From contig NC_068981.1 of NCBI RefSeq assembly GCF_001194135.2, positions 159,566,028-159,611,566 of the forward strand: a DNA stretch of 45,539 bases. Direction: 5' to 3'. How positions within the stretch are numbered: the stretch's first letter is position 1; each line of letters begins with the position of its first letter. The notes beneath the pieces were generated by a model. The model was not told the DNA's origin and searched no databases. It saw only the letters and a program-made list of their open reading frames with translations. Source of the DNA: Octopus bimaculoides (Eukaryota). The translations under genes were made by a program, and so were the position numbers. Positions 1-10,660 of this stretch are shown piece after piece.

Positions 1-34
<34 letters not shown>

Positions 35-599
35 TTATGTACGTATATATGTATGTATGTGTATACATACATCCACACATACATGCACACATATGCATGC
101 GTGTTTGTATGTATATATATATATATGAGTGTGTAAGTATGTATGTATGTATGTATGTACTAATCGAAACGTAATTTTGAGTGAAACATTTCCCAACTCC
201 TAAATCCATGGGATCGATCGTTCGTTGATAGATCTTTCTGCTCACAAAAAGCCAATAAATTGATTCAATTTATCGCAATAGTATGTGGGATAAATAAATA
301 TCTATCCTTATTTTATTAAGGCTAACTACAACCTTCTAAAGAAAACTTTTTTTGCTGCAGAAACCAAGTCGATATGTCAATATTCCCACCTTGTCAATTG
401 ATAACCTAACAGATTGTACAAAAGTGTACAAGACATAAAATGGAATCGACAAGGAAACTGAGATCTTGGATGTATTAAAAGTTGATTTCTCATTTACCGA
501 TGTACATTGATAACAGTAAAACATGATGATGTGGTATTCATGCATTTCTCAATTCTTAAATGTTATATTTAACTTCAGCTGAAAACAAAAATTAGCACA

Positions 600-1330
600 A
601 TTTCTAAATTCTTGTAACCAGTAGCAACTGTTCAACTCTCTCACGTTCTGTCTTGAAGAAACTTTTTAACTTCATCTCACGCTCGGTCACTTCAATATCC
701 ACAACTTCTTTTCTGAATCCCTACCTTCTTCATACTGATATGGCTTGCTCGAACATCGAATCATTTACTATTCTGAACTGTCTCAAAAGACTAGCCTCAT
801 CTACTTGACACACTATACACGTTCTCTCAGCCTGTTTCTTATATCCAAACTCAATTTTACCCAGCAATTATAGTTTATATTTCTTTTGTCTAATCAACGC
901 AGACATCTTATTCTTGGATCCTCTAGTACGCCGAATATGACTACTACTCGAAGATTCCCAGTTCTACGTTGACTACCCTTAACCGTACACGAGCTTTACT
1001 TTTGGTCCATCCGAAATCGTTAAGCAGGTGACTGAAGCTATTCATCCGCTGATATACCTCTACATTCTTCACACAATCAAACCTTAAACTCAAAACCCCT
1101 AAATGGATCGTTCAGGGTAGCACAGCAACAATACTTTTACAGCACCTAAAGACACCCACTACCAACAGAAGGACATTTACATATAAATGTAACGTTTTTA
1201 AGATACCATAAGGTGTACTTAAATAGCATAACTCCTTCGTATACTGCAAAACTTGCAAGCTACTTTTCTTTCCGAATAGCAACTGAATATTCCGGTGTCT
1301 TTCTAAGATGGACTGAATCAAATGTATAAA
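600..1330 (-). mobile_element. Highly degenerate non-LTR retrotransposon 3' part (post-RT/C-terminal Cys region)
   Basis: Minus-strand fragments across frameshifts: 'AVYEGVML', 'VGVFRCCKSIVAVL', 'FGWTKSKARVRL', 'KIEFGYKKQAERTCIVCQVDE'. The last resembles the 'IETGRY..ERxCxxC..EDE' C-terminus of CR1/L2-group LINEs. Recognised by eye only. Confidence 0.4.
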
Positions 1331-1571
1331 TACGTGAGATGAATCATAGTGAATACGATCGTAACTTTTTAAACTCATAGCTTAATTTGCAATGACGAGA
1401 CACACTCACACTGATGTTTTATTTTTCGCAAAATAAATTCGTCTTTTGGATAGTTGAATAAATAACTTCTCTTTTTACATGACATTTGTCATCACATTTT
1501 ATCAAAGCTTGTGAACATCAAACTTTATTTATATCTCGCATACTCTTCCATCTGTATTCCTTATCACACAC

Positions 1572-1635
<64 letters not shown>

Positions 1636-1899
1636 CTACACACAACACACATTCCTACGCAGATGTTATCATCCTTTACTTTTTAACTTTACGCATACAG
1701 GCGTAAACCACCCGTAACCGAAAAGCTTTACGACATACATGTACTATCTCCTTGAAAAGTGACCCCATAAGTATCTTCAAACGGAAATAAGACAAGCTCA
1801 TCTATTCTATAAAAGACGCGTTAACTACACTTACCACCAAAATTGCCTGACACTATCATCTCTCTTCATTTAAAACAACAAAACTAAACCAATCAAAAT

Positions 1900-2050
1900 C
1901 TCTGCAGTCTCTAATGATTTCTCTTTGGGACCTCACATTGCAAAGATTCTAAGATTCCCCTTTAGTATTAATTGCCGATATTCTACAGAACCCATGTTTG
2001 TAGTCTTTGCAATGTGACGTCTCAATGAGCAATCACTAGAGATTGTAGAG
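1900..2050. repeat. 151-bp fold-back (47-bp inverted arms), MITE-like
   Basis: 1900-1946 pairs with 2004-2050. Perfect core TCACATTGCAAAGA/TCTTTGCAATGTGA; by my count 40 Watson-Crick pairs, 3 G-T and 4 mismatches, 57-nt spacer. Confidence 0.85.
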
Positions 2051-2068
2051 CTTAACATTTGTAGAGAA

Positions 2069-2265
2069 GGCGCGTGGCCTAGTATTTAGGGTGTTGCATT
2101 CACGATCTTGCGTTCGTAATTTTGATTCCTAGACCGGGCAATGCGCTGTGTTCTTGAGCAAAACACTTCATTTCACGCTACTCTACGATCAAGTCACTAT
2201 CTGACGTGTGGTACACCGTGCACCTACACAGGCAATGTCGATTGGATGAAGAGAGTGACCACAAA
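2069..2265 (+). mobile_element. tRNA-derived SINE, family C head+core with its own tail
   Basis: GGCGCGTGGCCTAGTATTTAGG (A-box-like), TTTGATTCCTAGACCGGGC (B-box-like), core CTGTGTTCTTGAGCAAAACACTTCATTTCAC shared with the 36308 and 33806 copies. Confidence 0.65.
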
Positions 2266-2791
2266 ATTTTGATCGTTTTGACCACTATAAACAAATCATA
2301 TGTGCAGGTTGTTCAGCAAGAATTTATGGGATCACCATCTGTCGTTTACAACAGAAGAGTTCACCACACAAACACACACAGACAACACATGCACGCGCGT
2401 GTGTATTTACGCAGTTCGTACATTTTCAAAGTAGGAAAAAATCCATATCATAGGTTATTAAACAACTTCATAAACTGCCAGATATCGAACTTTATGTTGC
2501 AATGATTATCCAGGGATTATGAAATAGAAGGAAAACACTCATTTAGTTAAACTTAATGGGAGTGGTAAGAGATTTCGGTAAACAGCCAATCACGCGCCTT
2601 CTCCATAGATTACTCGACAAACATAGAAGGGATTGTAGACTCCCGAATATCAATTCGTTGTCGACATCGATTTATTTATGGTACGGTGCATATTCAAGTG
2701 TTTATATATAGGCAGCCTGTCGTCTTATTCTTTCCAAAAGGGTTTTTTTCCAACCCAATATTTACATTCTATTAATTTTAGCTTTAAGTAA

Positions 2792-3004
2792 GGCAGCAAG
2801 CTGGCGGAATCGTTAGCGCACCGGACGAAATGCTTAACGGTATTTCGTACGTTCTGAGTTCAAATTCCACCGAGGTCGACTTTACCTCTCATGTTTTTGG
2901 GGTCGATAAAATAAGTAAGTACCCGTTAAACATTGGGGTTGATGTAATCGACTCATCCCTCCCTCAAAATTGCTGCCCTTGTGGCAAAATTTGAAACCAT
3001 TATT
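2792..3004 (+). mobile_element. SINE family A, copy 1 of tandem pair
   Basis: GGCAGCAAGCTGGCGGAATCGTTAGC...GTTCTGAGTTCAAATTCC...GATGTAATCGACT; homologous to many other copies in the window; flanked by direct repeat TTTAGCTTTAAG. Confidence 0.85.
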
Positions 3005-3015
3005 TTTAGCTTTAA

Positions 3016-3236
3016 GGCGGCAAGCTGGTAGGATTGTTAGCACGCTGGGCGAAATGCTAAGCGACAATTCATCTGTCTTTACGTTCTGAGTTCAAATTCC
3101 GCCGAAGTTGACTTTGTCTTTCATCTTTCCGGGTTCGATGAAATAAGTACCAGTTGAACACTGGAATCGATGTAATCAATTTAGCCACTGCCCTTGGAAT
3201 TGCTGGCTTTGCGTGAAAATTTGAAATCATTATTTA
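3016..3236 (+). mobile_element. SINE family A, copy 2 of tandem pair
   Basis: Same head, B-box GAGTTCAAATTC and tail as the 2792 copy, independently diverged. Confidence 0.85.
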
Positions 3237-4107
3237 TTGGTTTATGTGATGTGCTTAAGTAACCAATATTCCAAAAAAGAATTATTTCACGTTCTTTCGA
3301 AAGTTTCAAAAGTCTGAAGTCATATGTATGAGTGTATATGAATGCGCGCGCACGCGACAATTTTCTGCTATGTACGCAAACAACTTGGATCGTATTTATC
3401 AAGAGGATATTTGCCTCTTTTGTAGATTTACTTTCCCAACATAAATACACTATTTCTCTCCGTTCCCAATACCGTTACCACAACGTCTTCTGTTTCCATG
3501 AAATAGCAAGTTGGATACAGTTTTTTTCATTCGGTGGTGTATATCAATTATTATTCTGAAACTATTTAAAATTCCTTCTTATAAAGTAAATGATAATGAA
3601 TACGATGGATTTTAGTTGTGGTATTTACTTTTCCTTCCGTGTCTTATTGACCGACAACTATTATATTATTATAGGAAAAAATATCGTGATTATAATGTAC
3701 TTTGACATATTTTCGCAGTACCTAAATCTTGATTAAAAGTTGTACTTCAAAGCCTGAGAACTATTGTTTTAGGTAACTGCTGTTGACACAGCCTCTGTTA
3801 ATAAGTTATACTCACAAAATTTAGCTGTTACTTGGTTGATTTCAACATTTTTAAATGTATGTCACTAGAATGTGTTCACCCAATGTCGGTTTTAACTTTA
3901 TTACAACTCTTTGCCTTCTCTGACCAAAATCTGCTGCAGTCACCCCTAACTTTCATCATTTCGGAATTGATGAAATAAAGTAACTGAGTCAATTTAATCG
4001 ACTATGTTCATATCCTCCAAATTTGAAGCCTCGTATGTACAGAGCTATATGAAATGAAACCACAAGCAAACTATAAATTAGAATTAATTGTTGAGCCAAC
4101 TTATAAC

Positions 4108-4266
4108 CAAGGCCGTCTTAGCAGCATTATAGGATTGTGGGTAAATCAGAGTACTGGGGCTTTATGGTATTTATTCATTGCTAACGTGCCACAATTAAAA
4201 TTAGACCCCTAAACTCGTGAGGCTCTGGGAAACTGCCCAGTGTGCCAATGTTTTAAGACGGCATAA
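4108..4266. mobile_element. hAT-type MITE (159 bp)
   Basis: Imperfect TIRs around GCCGTCTTA/TAAGACGGC; 8-bp flanking duplication CTTATAAC (4100-4107) / CCTATAAC (4267-4274). An 8-bp TSD is typical of hAT. Confidence 0.65.
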
Positions 4267-4816
4267 CCTATAACTATTGTTCTGATATTCCGACTCACTT
4301 GCTCATACATTCTATCAGAACGATTGATTAAAGTTACTCCCTGTTTGAATCCCGAGGTTGGAACCAAGTTTGGAAAGTGCTATTTTAAAAAATAGCATAA
4401 ATGAATTCTTATATTAAAAACATATAATATAACCCTGAAATTTATAGTAAAGCAAAAATACTAATAATTGTATCATATCTGGCAAACAAAATACGTGTAT
4501 ATAATGCAATGAAACGCCGAAAAGTTATATTAATCAAAATACTGTTTGCGACATATATCGCTTGCGACAACCATCATTTTTTGTGTCACAAACTACAAAA
4601 TTTTGCACGATGCTCAAAGACATGAAAATTTCTTCTTACTTTCAAATAATTCATGTTGTGAAAAGTTATCACGCGATAAATCTTTCAGAAATGTAAAGTA
4701 TTAAAGGATTTTAAGTGATTCAAATGAAATGGATCAAATATTTAACATTTTAAAATTAATTTGATGAGTTTTATTCTACATAGAATGAATAAGTTCAATT
4801 TTATGTATGCTACAAA

Positions 4817-5032
4817 GGCAGTGAGCTGTCAGAATCGTTAGCATGCCGGATAAAATGCTTAGCGGCATTTCGTTCGTCTTTATGTTCTGAGTTCAAATGC
4901 CGTCGAGGTCAACTTTGCCTTTCATCTTTTTGAAATCGATAAAATAACTACCAGTTGATCACCGGGAACGGTGTAATCGACTTACTCCATCCTCCGAAGT
5001 TGCTGGCCTTGTGCCATTATTTGAAGTTAATA
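4817..5032 (+). mobile_element. SINE family A with target-site duplication
   Basis: Full head-to-tail copy; TSD TTATGTATGCTACA (4801-4814) / TTATGTATGCTGCA (5033-5046). Confidence 0.85.
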
Positions 5033-6055
5033 TTATGTATGCTGCATAATTTATTAGTTGTTTAAATGGTAAAATATTCGTCTGCTACTTATGCTTGCTT
5101 ATTCAACGATTTCTCGACGTTCAAGTCAGCTGCAGAATATGAAACGAATATCCTTCATGATTTTCCTACTCTGGACACAAGGCCTCACATTTAGCATACG
5201 AGGAACGACCGGTTAAACGGAGTCTTTAACTTGACTATACTTATTTTATCTACACTGCAAAAATGAATAATTATCCAAGCCATCTCATGCCGTTCATGAA
5301 CTCAGCACCAAGAGATATCTATCGCTCCCAGCCGCTTCTGTTGTCCTTCGCATTTCGAATGTGAAGAAACCACAAAATTTTGAACGTAATCAGATGAAGT
5401 GTCAAAACTATTGCTGTTTTTAAATACAGATCAATAGACAAATGACTATCCGTTTCTTTTATATTATCCAGACAAGTATATGTGTCTTTTTTTAGCAGTT
5501 TGACTCGAGGGAGGTTTGGTAGTTACTTCTTGTAGATTGCGCGACCGCGTAGAGTTTTCTCATTGGCTCAACGCTGGTATGGTTTTCTAAGCAGGCGTAC
5601 TTATATAAAAATGAGTTTTTATTTTTGCGAGAATGTGGTAATATGTATAGCTATTTTTAAATCTTGAAGTACATTTCTTTCGGCAATCAGAAATTTGCTA
5701 TTCTGTTTTCTAACTCCCATGTTTATATAATGAAACACTGCGAATTTATACAAGCAATACGTTAAAAACAAATTGAAAAGTAGCATTTGAGAACATTAGA
5801 TAAACAGAAATCTAATTGCGACACGACTAAATTGCAATCTTCTTTTTTTTTTTTTCTTGTGAATTTCTCAACAAATTTTCATTGAATTATTTTTCTTTTT
5901 AGCTTCTTCCCATGAATCTGCAGTAAAATGAAACACAAACGTTGTCTTGATTGTCACATTTACTGTTTCAAATTTAGATTATTTTTATTTTTTAGCGTTA
6001 CACTCTAAGATGAAGGACATTTCCCATTATCCATGGGGAGGCCATTGGATAAGAG

Positions 6056-6122
6056 TGTCAGCTGTCAGCAATACACCATTGGGATGGTAGAGATTGCTTG
6101 ACAGCTGTCAGTTTAGATTGTC
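6056..6122. promoter_or_regulatory. Cluster of TGACA/TGTCA (TALE homeodomain-type) motifs
   Basis: Five TGTCA/TGACA sites in about 67 bp, including the palindrome TGACAGCTGTCA (6099-6110) and TGTCAGCTGTCAG (6056-6068). Function not shown. Confidence 0.25.
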
Positions 6123-6455
6123 ACCTCCGAGCTTAAGCTCCTCCATATGTAAACATTTATTATTCCCAGTCTACTGGAAATTCAGTTGAAGAACCAGAAA
6201 TAGGTTGTAAAATTGATCAGATTTCTGCTAATCTTCTTATATTTATCTTTGGTATAAGACTATTTCTCATATATTTGTTAGAGCATTGTGACTCAATGTA
6301 GCCAGATTGTGATTAAAGACATAATACAAAGAATTAATCAAAGTATATATTAGCACTTGGTAAAGCTATGTAGTAACGTTTAAATAACAAAGCTATCCTT
6401 CAATGCCAAGATATTTTCATTTAATTGATTTACCTTTTATTATATTTTCAACGAA

Positions 6456-6535
6456 GGCGAAGAGTTGGCAGAATCGAGTAATCGACTAACCCCCACCCGC
6501 AACATTTCAGACCTTGTGCCTATATTAGAAAGAAT
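6456..6535 (+). mobile_element. Internally deleted family A SINE (head joined to tail)
   Basis: GGCGAAGAGTTGGCAGAATCG is joined directly to AGTAATCGACTAACCCCC...CCTTGTGCCTATATTAGAAAG. Confidence 0.7.
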
Positions 6536-6732
6536 TTTTATTTTTAACTATCTTCCCAACAACCCAAACTCGACTGACCCTACCAAGAAGACTTAATAGA
6601 ACTTACTCTTCTTAGTATGGATTTTATATATTTATTTACTTTTATCCCACCTCTAATTTCTTTTTAATTACTGTTTTGATAGATTTCGAAATTCTGTTTT
6701 GAATATCAGTAATTAAGAATCTGCAAAAAACT

Positions 6733-6950
6733 AATAATAATCTTTTAGTTTTTGGTACAAGGCCTGAAATTTGGTAGGAGGGATGTAGTTGATGACATTG
6801 AGCCCAATGTTTAATTGGTATTTATTTTATTGACTCCGAAAAGATGAAAGGCAAATTCGACTTTGGTGGAATTTGAACTCAAAACATAAAGACGGACAAA
6901 ATGCCACTATGCATTTTGCTGGCGTGTTAACGATTCTGTCAGCTTGCCGC
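6733..6950 (-). mobile_element. SINE family A
   Basis: Reverse complement of full family A (GAATTTGAACTC...AACGATTCTGTCAGCTTGCCGC) with (ATT) tail. Confidence 0.85.
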
Positions 6951-6975
6951 ATATATATATATATATATATATATA

Positions 6976-7435
6976 NNNNNNNNNNNNNNNNNNNNNNNNN
7001 NNNNNNNNNNNNNNNNNNNNNNNNNNNNNNNNNNNNNNNNNNNNNNNNNNNNNNNNNNNNNNNNNNNNNNNNNNNNNNNNNNNNNNNNNNNNNNNNNNNN
7101 NNNNNNNNNNNNNNNNNNNNNNNNNNNNNNNNNNNNNNNNNNNNNNNNNNNNNNNNNNNNNNNNNNNNNNNNNNNNNNNNNNNNNNNNNNNNNNNNNNNN
7201 NNNNNNNNNNNNNNNNNNNNNNNNNNNNNNNNNNNNNNNNNNNNNNNNNNNNNNNNNNNNNNNNNNNNNNNNNNNNNNNNNNNNNNNNNNNNNNNNNNNN
7301 NNNNNNNNNNNNNNNNNNNNNNNNNNNNNNNNNNNNNNNNNNNNNNNNNNNNNNNNNNNNNNNNNNNNNNNNNNNNNNNNNNNNNNNNNNNNNNNNNNNN
7401 NNNNNNNNNNNNNNNNNNNNNNNNNNNNNNNNNNN
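6976..7435. other. Assembly gap (first of nine)
   Basis: N runs at about 6976-7435, 13880-14356, 17905-18490, 19251-19668, 22760-23260, 27074-27213, 31180-31313, 40197-40818 and 42673-43356; nearly all abut microsatellites or SINEs. Confidence 0.98.
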
Positions 7436-8569
7436 ATATACGTATCTATGTATCTATAATTAATACAATATCAAATTACAGAAAATACAGAACGGTTATA
7501 TAAATATATCTCATACGATAGACGATGAGATAGCAAAAGAAAAATCAAATACATACAAAAAAACAAAAATAAGTAAAATAAAAATAAATATGTGTATTTT
7601 ACTCCGGATAGAAAAATTTCTTCAGGTAGACATAGGCATATAAATATATACATCAGTGTAATAAGCAGGTAATGGAGAGAACATTTTGTTGAAAATTATT
7701 GAGGTTTTAACGTAGAGATTAGAGATTATTGTAAACTGTTGAAATGTCGTGATTTTAAAATAGCCTCGTTCTGATTATGGAAGTTAACATTGAAAGTGCT
7801 TAATCTAAAGTTAAAACAAATAGGGGTTATCATAATATATTCTTTCTCTCCTTAAATCAATTTTATACACATATAGGTACATGTAAGCATATGCATATAT
7901 AGATGTGTGTGTGTGTGTGTGTGTGCGTGTAATAACGTATAGTTCGTCAGCGAAAACACATCGACGCTTCAAGTTCTGAAGTCATCAGTCGATAAAATTC
8001 ATGCAGTTACTAAAGTATCTACAACATATACGCTGCCAACACGTGAAATTTCTAGTACTGTTTTCTGGAACAAGTTGTAAGGGGCACAGCTCATTATATG
8101 AGAATATTATATCGCGGTGGGTTACTTTCTATGGTTAACTGAAATACAGTACAGGGAATTTCAAGCATTTTCATTCGGTGTAGCCCTTCTGGTGTTGGCG
8201 TACTCCATGTGAAGAAATATAGCGTGAAATGATTGGACACCAGAGAACAGACATTAGACGAGTTATTTGTTATTAATCTAATTTAAAGATTTCAAATCTT
8301 GACCTTCATCCTTTTGGGATCGGTAAAATAAAGTCCCAGTCAAATAATAAGATTGATATAGTCGCCTGTTCTCTTCTCTAAAATTTCCGGCCTTGTATTT
8401 TTTTTTTAATACAATGCTGAGCTTTTAATGCCAAGGTTCAGCTTGACCCTTCCTTACTATAGCTCAACTCTAGATAAAGTGTCAGAGAGGTACACTTACA
8501 TATCATTCTCAGTTAAGAGACTTGCACGAAATTTTTTTTTTGTGTGTTTTTTTTTTGGGGGGGGGGCTA

Positions 8570-8771
8570 AGATATTGCTGAATACCTTTCTTCAGCACGA
8601 TAAATGTATGTGTACAATAAAATTTATGACCACACATTTTCTAGATGCACAAACTGCATTAGTTGGTTGTGATAAGTTCAAAATTTCAGTGTTGTTTACA
8701 AACCTCAAGTGCCCCCGCAATTTCTTTAGTGTGCCCCTAAAGATATGTGTACTCTACTTTGAGAAACCTTG
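8570..8771 (+). mobile_element. Possible hAT (Charlie-like) 3' end fragment
   Basis: Ends GTGTACTCTACTTTGAGAAACCTTG, resembling the TTTGAGAACCCCTG terminus of hAT elements; no 5' TIR or TSD found. Confidence 0.3.
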
Positions 8772-8961
8772 ATTTGGTAATTGTATATATTTATATAACA
8801 ACAACATATGCAAACAAACTTTATTTTGTTTTTAGAAGCGTTGAATGTATATTGTATTGTACAGACGACAAGAAGGTAATATTTCAAATGCAGTATAGTC
8901 GTGAAAACAGCAGAAAGATTGGGTATTATTACCCTTATAAGACAGAAAGGGGGTTGTCAAG

Positions 8962-9032
8962 AGACAGCCAAGGGACTCGAACATGCACCCCTCGGATACC
9001 GTCTGAATACTCTATCATTAAGCTAAACTGCC
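8962..9032 (-). pseudogene. tRNA-like 71-nt sequence (tRNA pseudogene or orphan SINE head)
   Basis: Minus strand GGCAGTT-TA-GCTT-AATGATA-GAGT-A-TTCAG-ACGGTAT-CCGAG-GGGT-GCATG-TTCGAGT-CCCTT-GGCTGTC-T. Acceptor and D stems pair and A/B boxes are present, but the T stem is broken and there is no U33. Confidence 0.45.
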
Positions 9033-9189
9033 CACTGGCAACAATCTCCGTCAAATTTAACACACTTCAAAAAACAAAATAAAAGTTTGGTTACATAATG
9101 GCGGTGCTCCAGTATGGCCACAGTCATTGGACTAAAACGTATAAAAGAATAAAAGAATATGTTGTTGCATCCCAAAATGTATTTAGCGT

Positions 9190-9415
9190 TTAAACCTCGT
9201 TTACTCCGCTCCGTTCTCGAATTATCTCGTTTTGAATGTGCTCTTGTAATGATATTCCTAGCATGGATCTTAGGTTTGCGTCGTAGCTAATCGATGTTCT
9301 TCCTACTACGTAATAGCCCACATCTCACTTGCGTATAAGAGCGCAGATAGCATAGTGCTATTGAAAAAAAAAGAAACTAGCAGTAGGATGTTGTCCAACT
9401 TTTCTTTGAACACAT
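9190..9415 (-). mobile_element. RTE-clade LINE fragment (RT C-terminal region), pseudogenised
   Basis: Minus-strand translation 'FNSTMLSALLYASEMWAIT**EEHRLATTQ' then frameshift to 'RSMLGISLQEHIQNEIIRERSGVNEV', matching the RTE 'LLYASETW...MERSMLGIS...IRERSGV' motif. Confidence 0.75.
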
Positions 9416-9939
9416 CTTTCATTAAGTTAAACGCCTTCCATTCTGCCCCCTTTTCTCCCCGAAAGTTATATTGTTATATGTGAGATCAGGAATGTCTATT
9501 GGTTATTGTTTTGGTTAAAATATTAATGGACCAATACTCGACATTTGACTACGTACAGCCATTTTGTCTCTTTAATTACTTTGCCTACTTAGCCCATTAA
9601 TAAGTAGGTTAATGGACATACACCTGTTTGTTAAACCAAATGACTTACTCGTTAAGTTAACATGAAAGTGAATGAGTATTTCTACGAATACAATTACACT
9701 TAACGTAATTCTCAAAACGAATCAATGTGACACATTAATTGACAAGGTTGGACTTTTTGGCAATAGAGGTACAATATAACAGACGGGCTTCCACACAATA
9801 TCGATTTACCGAATTTTATTCACAAGAGTTGGAGCAACCCAAAGCTTAGAGACTTGCTCAAAATGCCATGCATTTAGATTGTATCCGGGATCTCATGATC
9901 ATGTGTGTATATCTACGTATAACTTAAATATCACTGTAT

Positions 9940-10180
9940 CATTGTATCGACCAAACTATCGGCTGTTGTTATCCACCACTGGTCACAATGCGCTTACTCG
10001 CATTGTTGTAGCTTTCGAATGATACCACAACTCTAGCTAATCAGGCAGACCGCAGGGCTATCCATTTACGGCTGAGTAGACTGGGGTAAGTATTTTGCAT
10101 GAGAACACAGCGCACTGCCGGTCTGGGAATCGAAACTTGGATCTTGCGATCACGAGTGCAACATTAAGTCACGCGCCTTT
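9940..10180 (-). mobile_element. SINE family C head+core with a third tail type
   Basis: GAGAACACAGCGCACTGCCGGTCTGGGAATCGAAAC...AAGTCACGCGCC is the reverse complement of the family C head; the tail differs from the 2069 and 36308 copies. Confidence 0.6.
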
Positions 10181-10328
10181 AGATATACGATATCTATATA
10201 TAGTATTTTCAGCTGCCTTGTTTCATTAAATCTGCAGATAGGGTGTGATTCGTTGGAAATTTAGATGCAGTTTCAGCTAGTCAAGTGACCTTGATGAAGC
10301 TCCTAGGTATAACTTGTATTTTCGGCAA

Positions 10329-10377
10329 TGATAATAATAAGGATAATAATAATGATAACGATAATAATAATAAAGAT

Positions 10378-10455
<78 letters not shown>
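10329..10455 (+). repeat. (AAT/GAT)-(AAC)n compound microsatellite
   Basis: About 26 uninterrupted AAC units at 10378-10455; source of the poly-Asn/Cys/Val ORFs. Confidence 0.95.
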
Positions 10456-10456
<1 letters not shown>

Positions 10457-10660
10457 CCAAGTACTCCGAATTGAAAGTGGAAATGGCAAGACTCCATGGA
10501 ATTCGAGAGGGTAATGTAAAAGTAATACCAGTGTACGATAACTATGGCAGCACCTGGCAACGCAGTCCTCCCTCAGACCCAAGCTACTACTGCCTGCCAC
10601 TGTCTCTCAAGTTTCAGTTGTGTCTGGATTTGTTACAATTGTATCTGAAATACCCCTAAA

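Noticed and set aside
2654-2665. 12-nt match to the 5' end of miR-981/miR-76 (TTCGTTGTCGAC); similar 10-nt matches to miR-242 (about 12266) and miR-31 (about 35985)
   Set aside because: 3' halves diverge and there is no pre-miRNA hairpin; the 12266 match lies in mariner coding sequence.
2580-2715. CCAAT box, TTTATGG and TATA-like motifs suggesting a promoter
   Set aside because: Short motifs are common in AT-rich DNA and no downstream exon was identified.
7959-7994. Minus-strand hammerhead-like CTGATGA-CTTC..GAAG with a 5-bp stem I
   Set aside because: Lacks the GAAA core and a UH cleavage triplet in register.
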